NCBI GenBank assembly: GCA_026400395.1 | Contig: JAPLPD010000160.1 | Span: forward strand, 1,427 to 65,426 | Reading direction: 5' to 3' | Length of the DNA stretch: 64,000 bases | From: Alphaproteobacteria bacterium | Lineage (GTDB): Bacteria > Pseudomonadota > Alphaproteobacteria > Rhizobiales > Xanthobacteraceae | Part shown: positions 54,029 through 63,827 of the stretch, piece by piece | How positions within the stretch are numbered: the first letter of the stretch is position 1 | Layout: each line of letters begins with the position of its first letter | Notes under the pieces: generated by a model | Seen by the model: only the letters and a program-made list of their open reading frames with translations | The model's database searches: none | What the model was told of the DNA's origin: nothing | Position numbers and translations under genes: made by a program

Positions 54029-55795
54029 TCATGACTTGACCGCTCCCGCTTCCGGAACCAACTTGAGCGAGCGCGATGCCGCCGAGGCGCCTTCGCGCTG
54101 CTGTAGCACGCGCGCGAGTACCTCGTCCTTCGCGCCGAACGCCTGGGCGCGTCCGCCGCTCATCATCAGCAGCATATCGACGCAAGCGATCGCACTCGGC
54201 CGGTGTGCGACCACGACCGCTATGCCGCCGCGGGCACGGACGCTCATGATGGCGCGGCTCAGCGCCTCATCGCCCTCCGAGTCCAGGTTTGAATTGGGCT
54301 CATCCAGCACGACCAGAAACGGTTCGCCGTAAAGCGCGCGCGCGAGCGCCACGCGTTGCGCCTGTCCGGCGGACAGCGCGGTGCCGCTTTCGCCGACCTG
54401 CGTTTCGTAGCCATCGGGCAGGCCGACGATCAGGTCATGCACGCCCGCCGCGGTGGCCGCCGCGATCACCGCCTTGGGATCGAGCGGCTCGGAAAAGCGG
54501 CCGATGTTTTGCGCCACCGTTCCGGCCAGCAGTTCGACGTCCTGCGGCAGATAGCCGATGTGCCTGCCGAGCGAATCCGGCGACCACTGGTCGAGCGCGG
54601 CGCCATCGAGACGGATTCGGCCGCGCGCCGGTTTCCATACGCCGACCAGCATCCGCGCCAGCGAACTCTTGCCGGAGCCGCTTGGGCCGATGATGCCGAG
54701 CCCGTTGCCGGCCTGCAGCGTAATGCTGACGTCCTGCACGACAGCCTTTTCGCTGCCGGGCGGCATGACCGCGGCGCTCTCGACCACCACGTTGCGCGAC
54801 GGCGGTTGCAACGGCATCGGCGGGGGTAGCGATGGCAACAGGCCGAGGAGGTCGGTGAGGCGCCTCCAGCCCTGGCGCGCGCCGACGAAGCCGCGCCAGT
54901 TGGCGATCGCCAGATCAACCGGCGCCAGCGCCCGCGCGCTCAGGATCGAGCCGGCGATGATGATGCCCGCCGTCGCCTGCTGATAGATCACGAGATAGGC
55001 GCCGACCGCGAGCACGCCCGACTGCAGCATCATGCGAAGCACCTTGGCCGCCGATCCGAAGCCGCCGGCGACATCGCTCGCCCGCTGCTGGCTCGCCAAA
55101 TACTGGGTGTTGGCTGTGCCCCATTTCGCAGCAATGCGGCTGGTCATCCCCATCGCCGTCAGCACCTCGGCGTTGCGGCGGCTGGTTTCGGCGAGCGAAT
55201 TGCGGGCCATCGCGAACTGGGTCGCGGCCCGTGTCGGCTCCCGGGTCATGGTTTCGGTCAGCATGGTGATGATGCCGAGAACGATGGCTCCAAACAGCGC
55301 GGCCAGTCCGATGTAGGGATGGAACAAAAAGCAGATGATGAGATAGATCGGCAGCCAGGGCAGATCGAACATCGCGTTTGGGCCGGCGCCGGACAGGAAG
55401 GACCGAACGCTGTCGAGATCCCGCATCGGCTGCAGTCCGTCATTGCGATTGCCGAGCTTCAACGGCAGCCGCACGATCGTTTCATAGACCCGCCCGCTCA
55501 GCGCTTCATCGAGTCGCATGCCGATGCGCACGAGGATGCGACCGCGGATGAAATCGAGCAGGCCCTGCGCCGCATAGAGACCGGTCGCCAGAATCACCAG
55601 CCCGATCAGCGTGGGAATGCTGCGGCTCGGCAGCACGCGGTCGTAGACTTCGAGCATGAAGATGGCGCCGGTGAGCATCAGGATGTTGCTCATCCCGCTC
55701 ATCAGGCCGATCGAAATGAAGGCCCCGCGGCAAGCGGCGAGCGCGTTCGCGAGCTCGGAGCGTTGCTGGTTGGGCCGCCGAACGGGTTGCCGCAT
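54029..55795 (-). CDS. PrtD/AprD-family type I secretion ABC ATPase/permease
   Basis: YDRVLPSRS, GPSGSGKS, GYLPQD, LSAGQAQR, LDEPNSNLD; no C39 domain. Confidence 0.93.
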   Translation of the reverse strand: MRQPVRRPNQQRSELANALAACRGAFISIGLMSGMSNILMLTGAIFMLEVYDRVLPSRSIPTLIGLVILATGLYAAQGLLDFIRGRILVRIGMRLDEALSGRVYETIVRLPLKLGNRNDGLQPMRDLDSVRSFLSGAGPNAMFDLPWLPIYLIICFLFHPYIGLAALFGAIVLGIITMLTETMTREPTRAATQFAMARNSLAETSRRNAEVLTAMGMTSRIAAKWGTANTQYLASQQRASDVAGGFGSAAKVLRMMLQSGVLAVGAYLVIYQQATAGIIIAGSILSARALAPVDLAIANWRGFVGARQGWRRLTDLLGLLPSLPPPMPLQPPSRNVVVESAAVMPPGSEKAVVQDVSITLQAGNGLGIIGPSGSGKSSLARMLVGVWKPARGRIRLDGAALDQWSPDSLGRHIGYLPQDVELLAGTVAQNIGRFSEPLDPKAVIAAATAAGVHDLIVGLPDGYETQVGESGTALSAGQAQRVALARALYGEPFLVVLDEPNSNLDSEGDEALSRAIMSVRARGGIAVVVAHRPSAIACVDMLLMMSGGRAQAFGAKDEVLARVLQQREGASAASRSLKLVPEAGAVKS

Positions 55796-56238
55796 CGACG
55801 ATGATCCTTCGCGACGACATCAACGATTTGTCGCGCCGCCATCGAAACCATATTACCAGCAGTTGCAACTCTTAACGTGAATTAACCATAAGAATATAAG
55901 GCATTGGAAACAAGCCTTTTTTTAACGGCACGGATATTCCCCCACTGTTTGTTCCCGCCGACGAAACCAAAGCCGGGTTCGGTCGTTAATGAGTGTGACG
56001 GCAAGTTGGAAGGATTGGGGCTTCAAATGGATAGGTTCGACCAGTTTTTTAGCGCCGAGGCTTTGCGTTACGATCGGAATGCGGCCGACTGGCTAAGCTG
56101 TCACGCCGCAAGGCCAAGGAGCTCCGGCGCCCGGGCGTCGTCATCGCTCCGACGTGGGGTGATAGTCTGGCAGTCATTCTTGGATCTCTTTTTCAGCAGC
56201 AGCCAGCCCAGCCCATTCCGCTCAGGCACCGCCGTTAG

Positions 56239-57693
56239 CTAGCGTCCGTCCGGGGTTCGGACGCCGACCCATGCGTCTCGGATCTGGTGGTAATGCACCT
56301 GCGGATCGTAGGTCGGCACGCTGAGGCCGAGCACCTGCGGCGACAGTCGTCCGGTGGCGGCAAGCAATCCGTAGGAATTCACCAGCCGGTCGCGCTGCGC
56401 CACCACGAGCGCGATCCGCGCGTTGACCAGTTCCTGCTGGGCGTTGAGCACGTCGAGGGTGGTGCGCTGGCCGAGGCGGGCCTCCTCGCGCACGCCGTTC
56501 AGCGCGGCTTCGGCCGCCTTCACCTGGTTGCGGGTCGACTCGATGGAGCGCTTGGCGGCTTCGAGCTGCGCCCACGATTGCTGAACGCCGAGCCGCGCCT
56601 GATCGCGCGCGACGCTGAGTTCGAGTTGCTTCTGGCCTTGAATTTCCTTGGCCTGACGGATCGCGGCGTATTCGGCGCCGCCCTGATAGAGCGGCGCCGA
56701 ATATTGCACGGTGCCGGCGGCGGTGAAGGACTGCTGCTGGTTCAGCGCGGTCTCGTAGTTCTTCTGCACCGAGCCCTGCAGCGACAGCGTCGGCTGCAGC
56801 GCGCCCTCGGCGACCTTGACCTGATGCAGGGCGATATCGACGTTGTGCTGGGCGGCGGAGACGGCGGCGTTCTGCGCGATGCCGGCGGCCATCGCGGCGG
56901 CCAGCGTGTTCGGCGTGAAGCGGTCGACCGGCGCGGCCGGCGAAAGCTTGCCCGGATCGAGGCCGATCACCTGCCGGTAGGCGGCGCGGGCGCTGGCGTA
57001 GTTGGCCACCGCCGTGGACAACTGGGTGCGGCCGACGTTGAGGCGGGCCTCCGACTGCGAGACGTCGGTGGCGGTGACGTTGCCGCTCTCCAGCCGCGCC
57101 CGGGTCTGCCGCAACTGCTCGGTCAGCACGTCGATGTTCGAGCGCTGCAATTCGAGGATGCCGCCCTCGCGCAACAGGTTCATGTAGGCGGTGGCGGCGT
57201 TGAGCAGCACGGTCGCTTCCAGCCCGCGCAAGGTCTCGCGGGCGGCCAGCACCTGGCTTTCGGCGACGCGGGTGCGGTTGACCTGGCTTTCGGCGACGCG
57301 GGTGCGGTTGGCGGTCTGGAAGCCGTTGAGCAGGGTCTGCGTCACCGTCGCGCCGACGCCGCGCGGGTTGTTGACGCCGCTCTGGGTGAAGAACACCGGC
57401 GGCGCGTTGAGCGGCGTGGTCGAGCCGACCTCGCGAATCGTGGTCGATAGCGACTGCATGCCGATGTTGGCGGTGGCCACCGCGCGCGGCCGATAGCCGG
57501 CGAGGGCGGTCGGCACGCCTTCGTCGGTGGCGCGCACAAACGCCCGCTGCGCATTCAATTGCGGATTGTTGACGTAGGCGTAGCCGAGGGCCGATTCCAG
57601 CGTGTCGGCCGCCGCCGGCCCGGACAGCAGACAACACAGCGCAGCAACGGCCGTGCGCCTGTCCGTCCACTTACCCACGCGCTCGGATTTCAT
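56239..57693 (-). CDS. TolC-family outer-membrane channel (with a 10-aa tandem duplication)
   Basis: AY.NNPQL.AQR, G..T.TDV.Q...R, G.RTTLDVLNAQQEL. Confidence 0.9.
   Translation of the reverse strand: MKSERVGKWTDRRTAVAALCCLLSGPAAADTLESALGYAYVNNPQLNAQRAFVRATDEGVPTALAGYRPRAVATANIGMQSLSTTIREVGSTTPLNAPPVFFTQSGVNNPRGVGATVTQTLLNGFQTANRTRVAESQVNRTRVAESQVLAARETLRGLEATVLLNAATAYMNLLREGGILELQRSNIDVLTEQLRQTRARLESGNVTATDVSQSEARLNVGRTQLSTAVANYASARAAYRQVIGLDPGKLSPAAPVDRFTPNTLAAAMAAGIAQNAAVSAAQHNVDIALHQVKVAEGALQPTLSLQGSVQKNYETALNQQQSFTAAGTVQYSAPLYQGGAEYAAIRQAKEIQGQKQLELSVARDQARLGVQQSWAQLEAAKRSIESTRNQVKAAEAALNGVREEARLGQRTTLDVLNAQQELVNARIALVVAQRDRLVNSYGLLAATGRLSPQVLGLSVPTYDPQVHYHQIRDAWVGVRTPDGR
57251..57310. 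repeat. Perfect 30-bp tandem duplication inside the TolC gene
   Basis: ACCTGGCTTTCGGCGACGCGGGTGCGGTTG x2, encoding NRTRVAESQV x2. Confidence 0.95.
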
Positions 57694-57875
57694 CGACCTC
57701 TCGCAGCCGCACTCAACAACCGCCACCATCCCCTTGAGTCAGAGCTGGCAGACCCCCTTCGACGTTCTGCCTCGAAGGAACGACATTGCCGAATCTGAAC
57801 TATCGAGGGATCTCGCCACGCCAATACCGATGCTCAGCGGATCCCAAAACTTTACTTGGCCGCGGCGAGCGAAAG

Positions 57876-59291
57876 TTAGCGCGGACCGTCCGGCGGCCGT
57901 GGCGGCGCGCGCTCTGGCGCTGGCGCCGGTCCCGCAAAAGCAGGCCCCGCCGGGGGTGCACCCGGCGGGCGCGGCGGCGGCTCGCCTGCGGCGGCGCCCG
58001 GCGGCTGCGGCTCGGGGGCCGATCCCGAGCCCACCGTCTTGGAAATCAAATCCTGCAACTCGGTCCAGGTCCAAGAGCGGGAAACGCCGGCTGCTGCTGT
58101 ATTGTTTGCCGACGCGCCGGGCGGGGCGTCGTGGGCGGCCTGCGGGCCATTGGTCGGCGTGCGCGGCACCGCCGTCGGCGAGGGGCGTTCGGATGGTCCG
58201 GGCAGATTGCTGGCGGGGGTCCGCTCCAGCATCGGCAGGCTGGCGCCGGCGGGCCGCTGCCGTGCCGCCTCGCTGTTGTCGGGCACCGTGGTGCCGGCCG
58301 GCCCCGCCGCGGCGGGCGCCGGATTGGGCTGCAACGGCGTATCGACGTTGCCCAGGATGACCGGCAGGCCATCCTTGCCGCTGCCGATGATGACGATCTT
58401 GGCGTTCGGCGACTGCGCGAGTTGCAAGGTCGCTTCGATGCCGCGCCAGCGCACGTAGGAATCGGAAATGCCCTGCGCCACCGTCTGCTGGAAGTCGCGG
58501 ATGCCGTTTGCCTCGATTTGCTTGCGTTCGGATTCCTTCTTCTCGCGTTCGACGCGGAAGCCGTACTCCTGCACGAAATAGTACTGCTCGATCTTGCGGT
58601 TGATCGCCGCGTTCACCGCCGCGGGCAATTCCAGCCCGAGCACCAGCGTGTCGTAGATGATCAGCAACTCCTGCAGCGAAATCTTGTAATGTTCGCCGTA
58701 CTCGCTTTCGAGTTCGTTCCGCTGCATCGTGCTCTGGCCCAGCATGGCCTCGGTGTGGGTGCGGATCTTCTTCTGGATTTCCTGGCGCTTGGTCGAATAG
58801 ATCTCCTCGGCGGTGTATTCGGCGAAAATTTCCCGCGCGCGGTTGCCGATCTCGGGGCTGAGCATTCGCTTGATGTAGTCCGGTCCGATGGTCTGGTGCA
58901 GCTGCGGCACCGCGTCGTGCTTCAGCCGGAACCGGATGTCGATCGTCGCGGTCAGGTTCACGCCGTCCTTGGAGATGGCGTTGTAGGTGTCATCGTGGGT
59001 CTGCAGGCGCAGGTCGTACAGGAACAGCTTGTCCCACGGCAGCAGCACGCGCATGCCTTCGTCTTTCAACATGCGCGGATCGAGCTGGGTGCCGCCGCGA
59101 AACCGCTTCCAGAGGATCCCGACATGGCCGGTCGGGACGGTGACGATCACGTTCGGAGCGATCAGGAAGCTCACCAGCGTGGCGACCATCAGATAGATGA
59201 TGATGACCGGCAGGCTGTGCTCGACGAACCGCCACCACCGGTAACGCTTCGGCGGCGGGTTCTCATCCAGCGATTCAGGATGCGGTTTCAT
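57876..59291 (-). CDS. SPFH/prohibitin-family membrane protein with a Pro/Ala-rich tail
   Basis: N-terminal TM; VPTGHVGILW, EG....PW, SKDG, EEIYS..R..I, coiled coil ERKQIEA.GI; start overlaps the exporter stop (TGATG). Confidence 0.85.
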   Translation of the reverse strand: MKPHPESLDENPPPKRYRWWRFVEHSLPVIIIYLMVATLVSFLIAPNVIVTVPTGHVGILWKRFRGGTQLDPRMLKDEGMRVLLPWDKLFLYDLRLQTHDDTYNAISKDGVNLTATIDIRFRLKHDAVPQLHQTIGPDYIKRMLSPEIGNRAREIFAEYTAEEIYSTKRQEIQKKIRTHTEAMLGQSTMQRNELESEYGEHYKISLQELLIIYDTLVLGLELPAAVNAAINRKIEQYYFVQEYGFRVEREKKESERKQIEANGIRDFQQTVAQGISDSYVRWRGIEATLQLAQSPNAKIVIIGSGKDGLPVILGNVDTPLQPNPAPAAAGPAGTTVPDNSEAARQRPAGASLPMLERTPASNLPGPSERPSPTAVPRTPTNGPQAAHDAPPGASANNTAAAGVSRSWTWTELQDLISKTVGSGSAPEPQPPGAAAGEPPPRPPGAPPAGPAFAGPAPAPERAPPRPPDGPR

Positions 59292-60931
59292 CAGCCGGTC
59301 TCCACCGAACTTAACTCAGTGAAACGCCCCTCGTCCATGCGCAGCCGGCGGATCGGAATGTCCATCTCGTCGATGTAACGATCGTCGTGCGAGATGGCCA
59401 CCACGGTCACGCCCGCGCGATACAGCGCCGGCAGGAACTCGAAGTAGAACTTGCGGCGGAATTCCGGGTCCTGGTCGGCGGCCCATTCGTCCAGCATCAG
59501 CACCGGGCGTTTTTCAAGTTGCGCCACGATCAGCGCTAGCCGGCGGCGCTGGCCGCTCGACAGGTCGGTGGTGCGAAACTCGCCGTGCGTCAGGCGGGTC
59601 TTTTCCTTCAGCTTGTATTCCGTCAGCATCGCTTCGAGCTCGGCCGGGTCCGGATCGTCGATTCCGTAAAGCCGTTGGAACAGGTGGAAGTCGGGAAAGA
59701 TCGCCGTGATCAGGCTGCGGTACTGCTCGAACCTCTCGCCCTCGACCGGCGTGCCATCGAGCAGTAGTTCGCCAGCGGAAGGACGGTAAAAGCCGGCGAG
59801 GATCTTCATGAACGTCGATTTGCCGGAGCCGTTGCCGCCGGTCAGCATGACCATGTCGCCGGAATTCAGCGTGAAGTTGAACGGGCCGACACGGAACACG
59901 GTATCGGCCGACTTGCCCGGATAGTGGAATTCGACGTCCCGCACCTCGATCTTGCTGAACTTCTTTTGCGGCTCGATCGACTCTTCCGAGAGGCTGGTGA
60001 TGCCGGCCAGCTTGACTTCGAGTTGTGCGAGACGGTCGGCGGCGGCGTTGGCGGCGGCGATAATCGGGATCGACTGCACCAGGCCCGAGCATGCGCCGAC
60101 GATGAACACGAGCGCGGTCACCGCCTTGGTGATCGAGCCCGCCTGGATCGCCGAGGAGAACAGCGGCACGACGAACGCCACGGAGCCGAGCAGGATGTAC
60201 AGCGACGTCTGCAGCAGCACCATGCGGCGATAGGTTTCACTCTGGGCCCGAATCTTGATGTTGGCGGCGGTGCGCGAAACTTCGACGACGTGGTCATAGA
60301 GGGCGTCGCTGCGTGCGCGGTTGAGGCGCACCTCCTTGAAGCCGTCGAGCACGTCGCTCAAACGGTCGTACAGGCGGTTTTCCCACTGACCGGCTTCCCG
60401 CATCTCTGCCTGATGCTGCTTGGTCTTGGAGTGGAAGATGGCCGCGCCGGTGCCGACGATGACCACACTCAGCACGAACGCCGTGAACGAAAGGTAAGCC
60501 ACATAAGCTGTCACCAGCGTGATCAGCAGCGCGCCTTGCACAGCGAACGCCAGCATGTTGCTGGCCTGCGTCAGGATCGCGGTATCGCCCGTGATGGCGG
60601 AGACGATCTCGGCGCGGCCGATTGTCTCAAGCGGCAGCAATTCGGCGCGCCGCACGTAGTCCATCAGCCGCACCCGCAGCTTATGAATGATGGCGCCTAT
60701 CTCGGCGGTGGTGGTGATCAGGATGAAGTGCTGCGCTTGCACGAACAGCAGCAGCGCGACGACGAAAAATCCGGCCGCCCACAGGCTGATCTCGCCCTTG
60801 TCGGCGGCGCCCGCGCCGGCGTTGATCGCGCCGATCAGTGCCGTGGTGCTGACCCCGCCCATGGCGGATACGAACACCAGCCGGCCAATCGAGCTGACCA
60901 TTTCGCGGCGAACAAGCTGGAGAAAGGACAT
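59291..60931 (-). CDS. Cyclic peptide export ABC transporter (SyrD/PvdE/YojI family)
   Basis: TMD plus NBD; GGNGSGKST, LSSGQRRRLAL, family hallmark LDEWAADQDPEFRRKFY. Confidence 0.92.
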   Translation of the reverse strand: MSFLQLVRREMVSSIGRLVFVSAMGGVSTTALIGAINAGAGAADKGEISLWAAGFFVVALLLFVQAQHFILITTTAEIGAIIHKLRVRLMDYVRRAELLPLETIGRAEIVSAITGDTAILTQASNMLAFAVQGALLITLVTAYVAYLSFTAFVLSVVIVGTGAAIFHSKTKQHQAEMREAGQWENRLYDRLSDVLDGFKEVRLNRARSDALYDHVVEVSRTAANIKIRAQSETYRRMVLLQTSLYILLGSVAFVVPLFSSAIQAGSITKAVTALVFIVGACSGLVQSIPIIAAANAAADRLAQLEVKLAGITSLSEESIEPQKKFSKIEVRDVEFHYPGKSADTVFRVGPFNFTLNSGDMVMLTGGNGSGKSTFMKILAGFYRPSAGELLLDGTPVEGERFEQYRSLITAIFPDFHLFQRLYGIDDPDPAELEAMLTEYKLKEKTRLTHGEFRTTDLSSGQRRRLALIVAQLEKRPVLMLDEWAADQDPEFRRKFYFEFLPALYRAGVTVVAISHDDRYIDEMDIPIRRLRMDEGRFTELSSVETG

Positions 60932-61008
60932 AACGCTACGCCGCCCGTTCGATTTCTAAGAGGCGCCGATCCTGGAGAACGCTGAGCACGGCAGCCCGCA
61001 ACGGCATC

Positions 61009-61245
61009 CTAGCTGCTCCGTGCGCGGCGCAGCAATTCAGTTTGCCGCGCCAGCTCGGCGCGGCGGGCCATCTCGGCCCGGCGCGAGGGGCCGGTGATCA
61101 GCAGCATCAGCAACCCGAGCACCGGGGTGATAGCGAGCGACAACAGAAAAGTGCCGGTGAAGCCCATCCGCCGCTGGCTACCGCAGAGCCCGACGAGGAT
61201 CGCGAACACAACATAGGCCGCCAGGACAGCAAGCGGTAACACCAT
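61009..61245 (-). CDS. Small two-TM hypothetical protein
   Basis: TM-GSQRRMGFTGTFLLS-TM with a basic tail; co-oriented with the exporter. Confidence 0.6.
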   Translation of the reverse strand: MVLPLAVLAAYVVFAILVGLCGSQRRMGFTGTFLLSLAITPVLGLLMLLITGPSRRAEMARRAELARQTELLRRARSS

Positions 61246-61344
61246 GACGCAACGTCTCCCTCGACACAGCCGGCCCGACGTTCGAGCCGGCGTTCCCGTG
61301 ACACGGGCAAGCGCCTGACGATCAGGTGCCCGTTGCCCGCTGGC

Positions 61345-61896
61345 TCAGTTCGGCCCGGGCGCCGGGGTGGTCGGAGCATCAGACGGCGTTCCGCGCCACT
61401 TCGCCTGCTGCGCCTTGAACTTCGCCTGCTGCACCTTGATGAATTCGCGATAGTCCGGCGGATCGAAATCCAGAAGCGTGCCGCCCGAGGCGAAATGCTT
61501 CATGAAAACCTTGCCGATCACGTAGGTGGCTCCAGCGGAGTACACCGGCATGGTCAGCGCGCCGATTGCCGATCCAATCCCTGGAATGCCCTTGATCAGG
61601 CTGCCGAAGGTCATCGCCGTCGTCGTCGCGGTGCTCGCCGGAATGAGCGAGCCTGCGAGGCCCGCGATCACCGACTTGCCGCGGTTGTCGTTGAACGGCA
61701 CCCCGTAGATTTCCGAAAGCCGCCGCAGCATCTGGATCTGTACGCCGCCGACGGCGACCACGTCGATCAGTGGCACCGGAATAAGGCCGGCCGCGCCCGA
61801 CCAGAGTGAAAACCGGTCGACCAGCTGGGACGCGGCTTCTTCGCGCTCCGATTCGGTCATCGGTGTGGTGGCGGCAGTAAAGGATTCGGTTGTCAT
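61345..61896 (-). CDS. DUF697 (YcjF-like) family protein
   Basis: GAAGLIP.P..D......Q..ML..L..IYG.PF, K.IPGIGS..G, ATYVIGKVF; imperfect 21-bp tandem repeat near the 3' end (QQAK x2). Confidence 0.75.
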   Translation of the reverse strand: MTTESFTAATTPMTESEREEAASQLVDRFSLWSGAAGLIPVPLIDVVAVGGVQIQMLRRLSEIYGVPFNDNRGKSVIAGLAGSLIPASTATTTAMTFGSLIKGIPGIGSAIGALTMPVYSAGATYVIGKVFMKHFASGGTLLDFDPPDYREFIKVQQAKFKAQQAKWRGTPSDAPTTPAPGPN

Positions 61897-62265
61897 GATT
61901 CGGATTCCCCTCAGGTCGCCAGTCGCCGCTCCGCCGGGGTCGATCGCACGATCGAAGGTGCGAAAGTCCGCGCCAGCCCTAGAGTCATAACAGATCGTGT
62001 CAGCGGGTGCCAAGCCCTTGTGCGGTTGTGCGTAACGCTTCCGGGACACCGGGCGGACCGCCCGGTTTGATTGTGACGGAATCACCGCGCGGACACACGG
62101 TGGCCGGCGCGGCAAAGAGCGGTCAAAACCGTCGCGGCGCGCTATGATCCGCCGGCACGTGCCATGGGCGGGGGGGGGTATCGTGCGTCGTGTTCTCGTT
62201 TTGCCACATCAGCCTCCGGAGGCGACGACCCCATCGGCGCAAAATTTCAACAAGGAATTGCAGGA

Positions 62266-62697
62266 ATGACGAAATGCATTTCGATGGCCGGCCTGGCGCT
62301 GATCTGCGGCACGGGCGTGTTGCTTGCCCAGGAGCCGGCCCCGAAGTCGACCACGGCCGGCGTGTTCACCGACGAACAGGCCAAGCGAGGCGCCGCCGCT
62401 TACAGCGCCAACTGCGCCGCCTGCCACGGGGCGGAGCTTCGCAGTTCCGATCGGGAAATCCCTCATCTGACCGAGAAATCGTTCAAATTCGGCTGGATCG
62501 GCAAAACCATCGCGGAGAGGTTTGAGTTCATTCGCGAAACCATGCCGCCTAAGGTGGAGAAGAAGCTTCCCGATCAAGTCTACCTGGACATCGTGACGTA
62601 TATTCTGCGGTTCAATAAAATCCCGTCGGGCGATCGGCCGCTGAAGGCGGATGTCGAAATCCTGAAGCAGATTTTGATCGAGGCGCCGCCGGACTAG
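62266..62697 (+). CDS. Periplasmic mono-heme cytochrome c
   Basis: Signal peptide; GVFTDEQA.RG, NCAACHG, axial Met in TMPP. Confidence 0.88.
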   Translation: MTKCISMAGLALICGTGVLLAQEPAPKSTTAGVFTDEQAKRGAAAYSANCAACHGAELRSSDREIPHLTEKSFKFGWIGKTIAERFEFIRETMPPKVEKKLPDQVYLDIVTYILRFNKIPSGDRPLKADVEILKQILIEAPPD

Positions 62698-62885
62698 AAC
62701 GCGGGCTCGTTGATACGCGGCATAGCCACGGCGCGCCCATTCGTGATCGGTGAGCTAGCAGCGCGTGATTCAAGCACTCCGTTCGCTGCGGATGATTCGC
62801 ACCTCAACTCGGGCGGCCGCTTTGGTGAAAGTGCGGGCATCGCTCGACACGGGTTAACGAGAGCCACTATGAGTTCACGCCCGCG

Positions 62886-63539
62886 ATGAACGCAACACAT
62901 TCGCCCTTTGCGTCCCTCGCGCGCGCCGTCGATGCCGTGTCCATCCCGGGCATCGTTGTCGAGCACCGGCTGATCGCCGATGGAGACGAGCGGGCCCTGC
63001 TGCCGGAGGAGATGCCGGCGTTCGCGGCGAGCGTGACGAAGGTGCGGCGCGCCAGCGGCGCGGCGCGCATCGTCGCGCGTCAGTTGTTGGCGCGCTTCGG
63101 GCAGCCGCCCCAGGCGATCCCGCGAGGCACGGCTGGGATGCCGCTTTGGCCGACCGGTATCGTCGGTTCGATGGCGCACGACGACACGGTCGCGGTCGCG
63201 GCCATGGCGGCGCGGCGGGATTTTCTCAGCGTTGGCGTCGATGTGGAGCCGGCTGAGCCACTGGAGCCGGGCCTGCTCGATATCGTCGCCACCGCGAACG
63301 AGCGGCAGTGGGCGAAGGACGACCCGCTGGCGGGACGTCTGCTGTTTGCGATCAAGGAGGCGATCTACAAGGCGGTCTATCCGCTCGACCGCATCTTCCT
63401 GGATCACCATGACGTCGAGGTGAACCTGACCGATGGGACCGCCGTGGTCCGGCAGGGGAGGGTGGTCCGGTTCCGCCATTGCGCTGCAACGCACATGGTG
63501 GTCCTGGCCTTCATTCCGGTCGCCGAGGTTCCCCCTTGA
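62886..63539 (+). CDS. 4'-phosphopantetheinyl transferase (EntD/Sfp type)
   Basis: G.PLWP.GIVGSMAH, VGVDVE, LFAIKEAIYKA. Confidence 0.9.
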   Translation: MNATHSPFASLARAVDAVSIPGIVVEHRLIADGDERALLPEEMPAFAASVTKVRRASGAARIVARQLLARFGQPPQAIPRGTAGMPLWPTGIVGSMAHDDTVAVAAMAARRDFLSVGVDVEPAEPLEPGLLDIVATANERQWAKDDPLAGRLLFAIKEAIYKAVYPLDRIFLDHHDVEVNLTDGTAVVRQGRVVRFRHCAATHMVVLAFIPVAEVPP

Positions 63540-63827
63540 GTTTTCCCAATAGGCTGAAACGGCAAAAATATGTGGTAACTCAATCGGTTGGCCAAAATTC
63601 AGACAAATTCTGCATGAACAGTGCAACGCGTGTTATTTAATTGCGTAAACGGCCAATTGTTGTTTTTAGTCATAGGACTAGCGGGATGGTAAACGACCCT
63701 TTCTGCCGCTTTGGCCGGGGCTCCGGCTGAGGTAGTTTAAGGGCGCCGGTGAGGGAATTAAGGTGTGGGCCCCTCGCACCGTGGCTTTCGGTGAGCAGGG
63801 ATCGTTTCGTCAGTGTCTGATCCGAGT

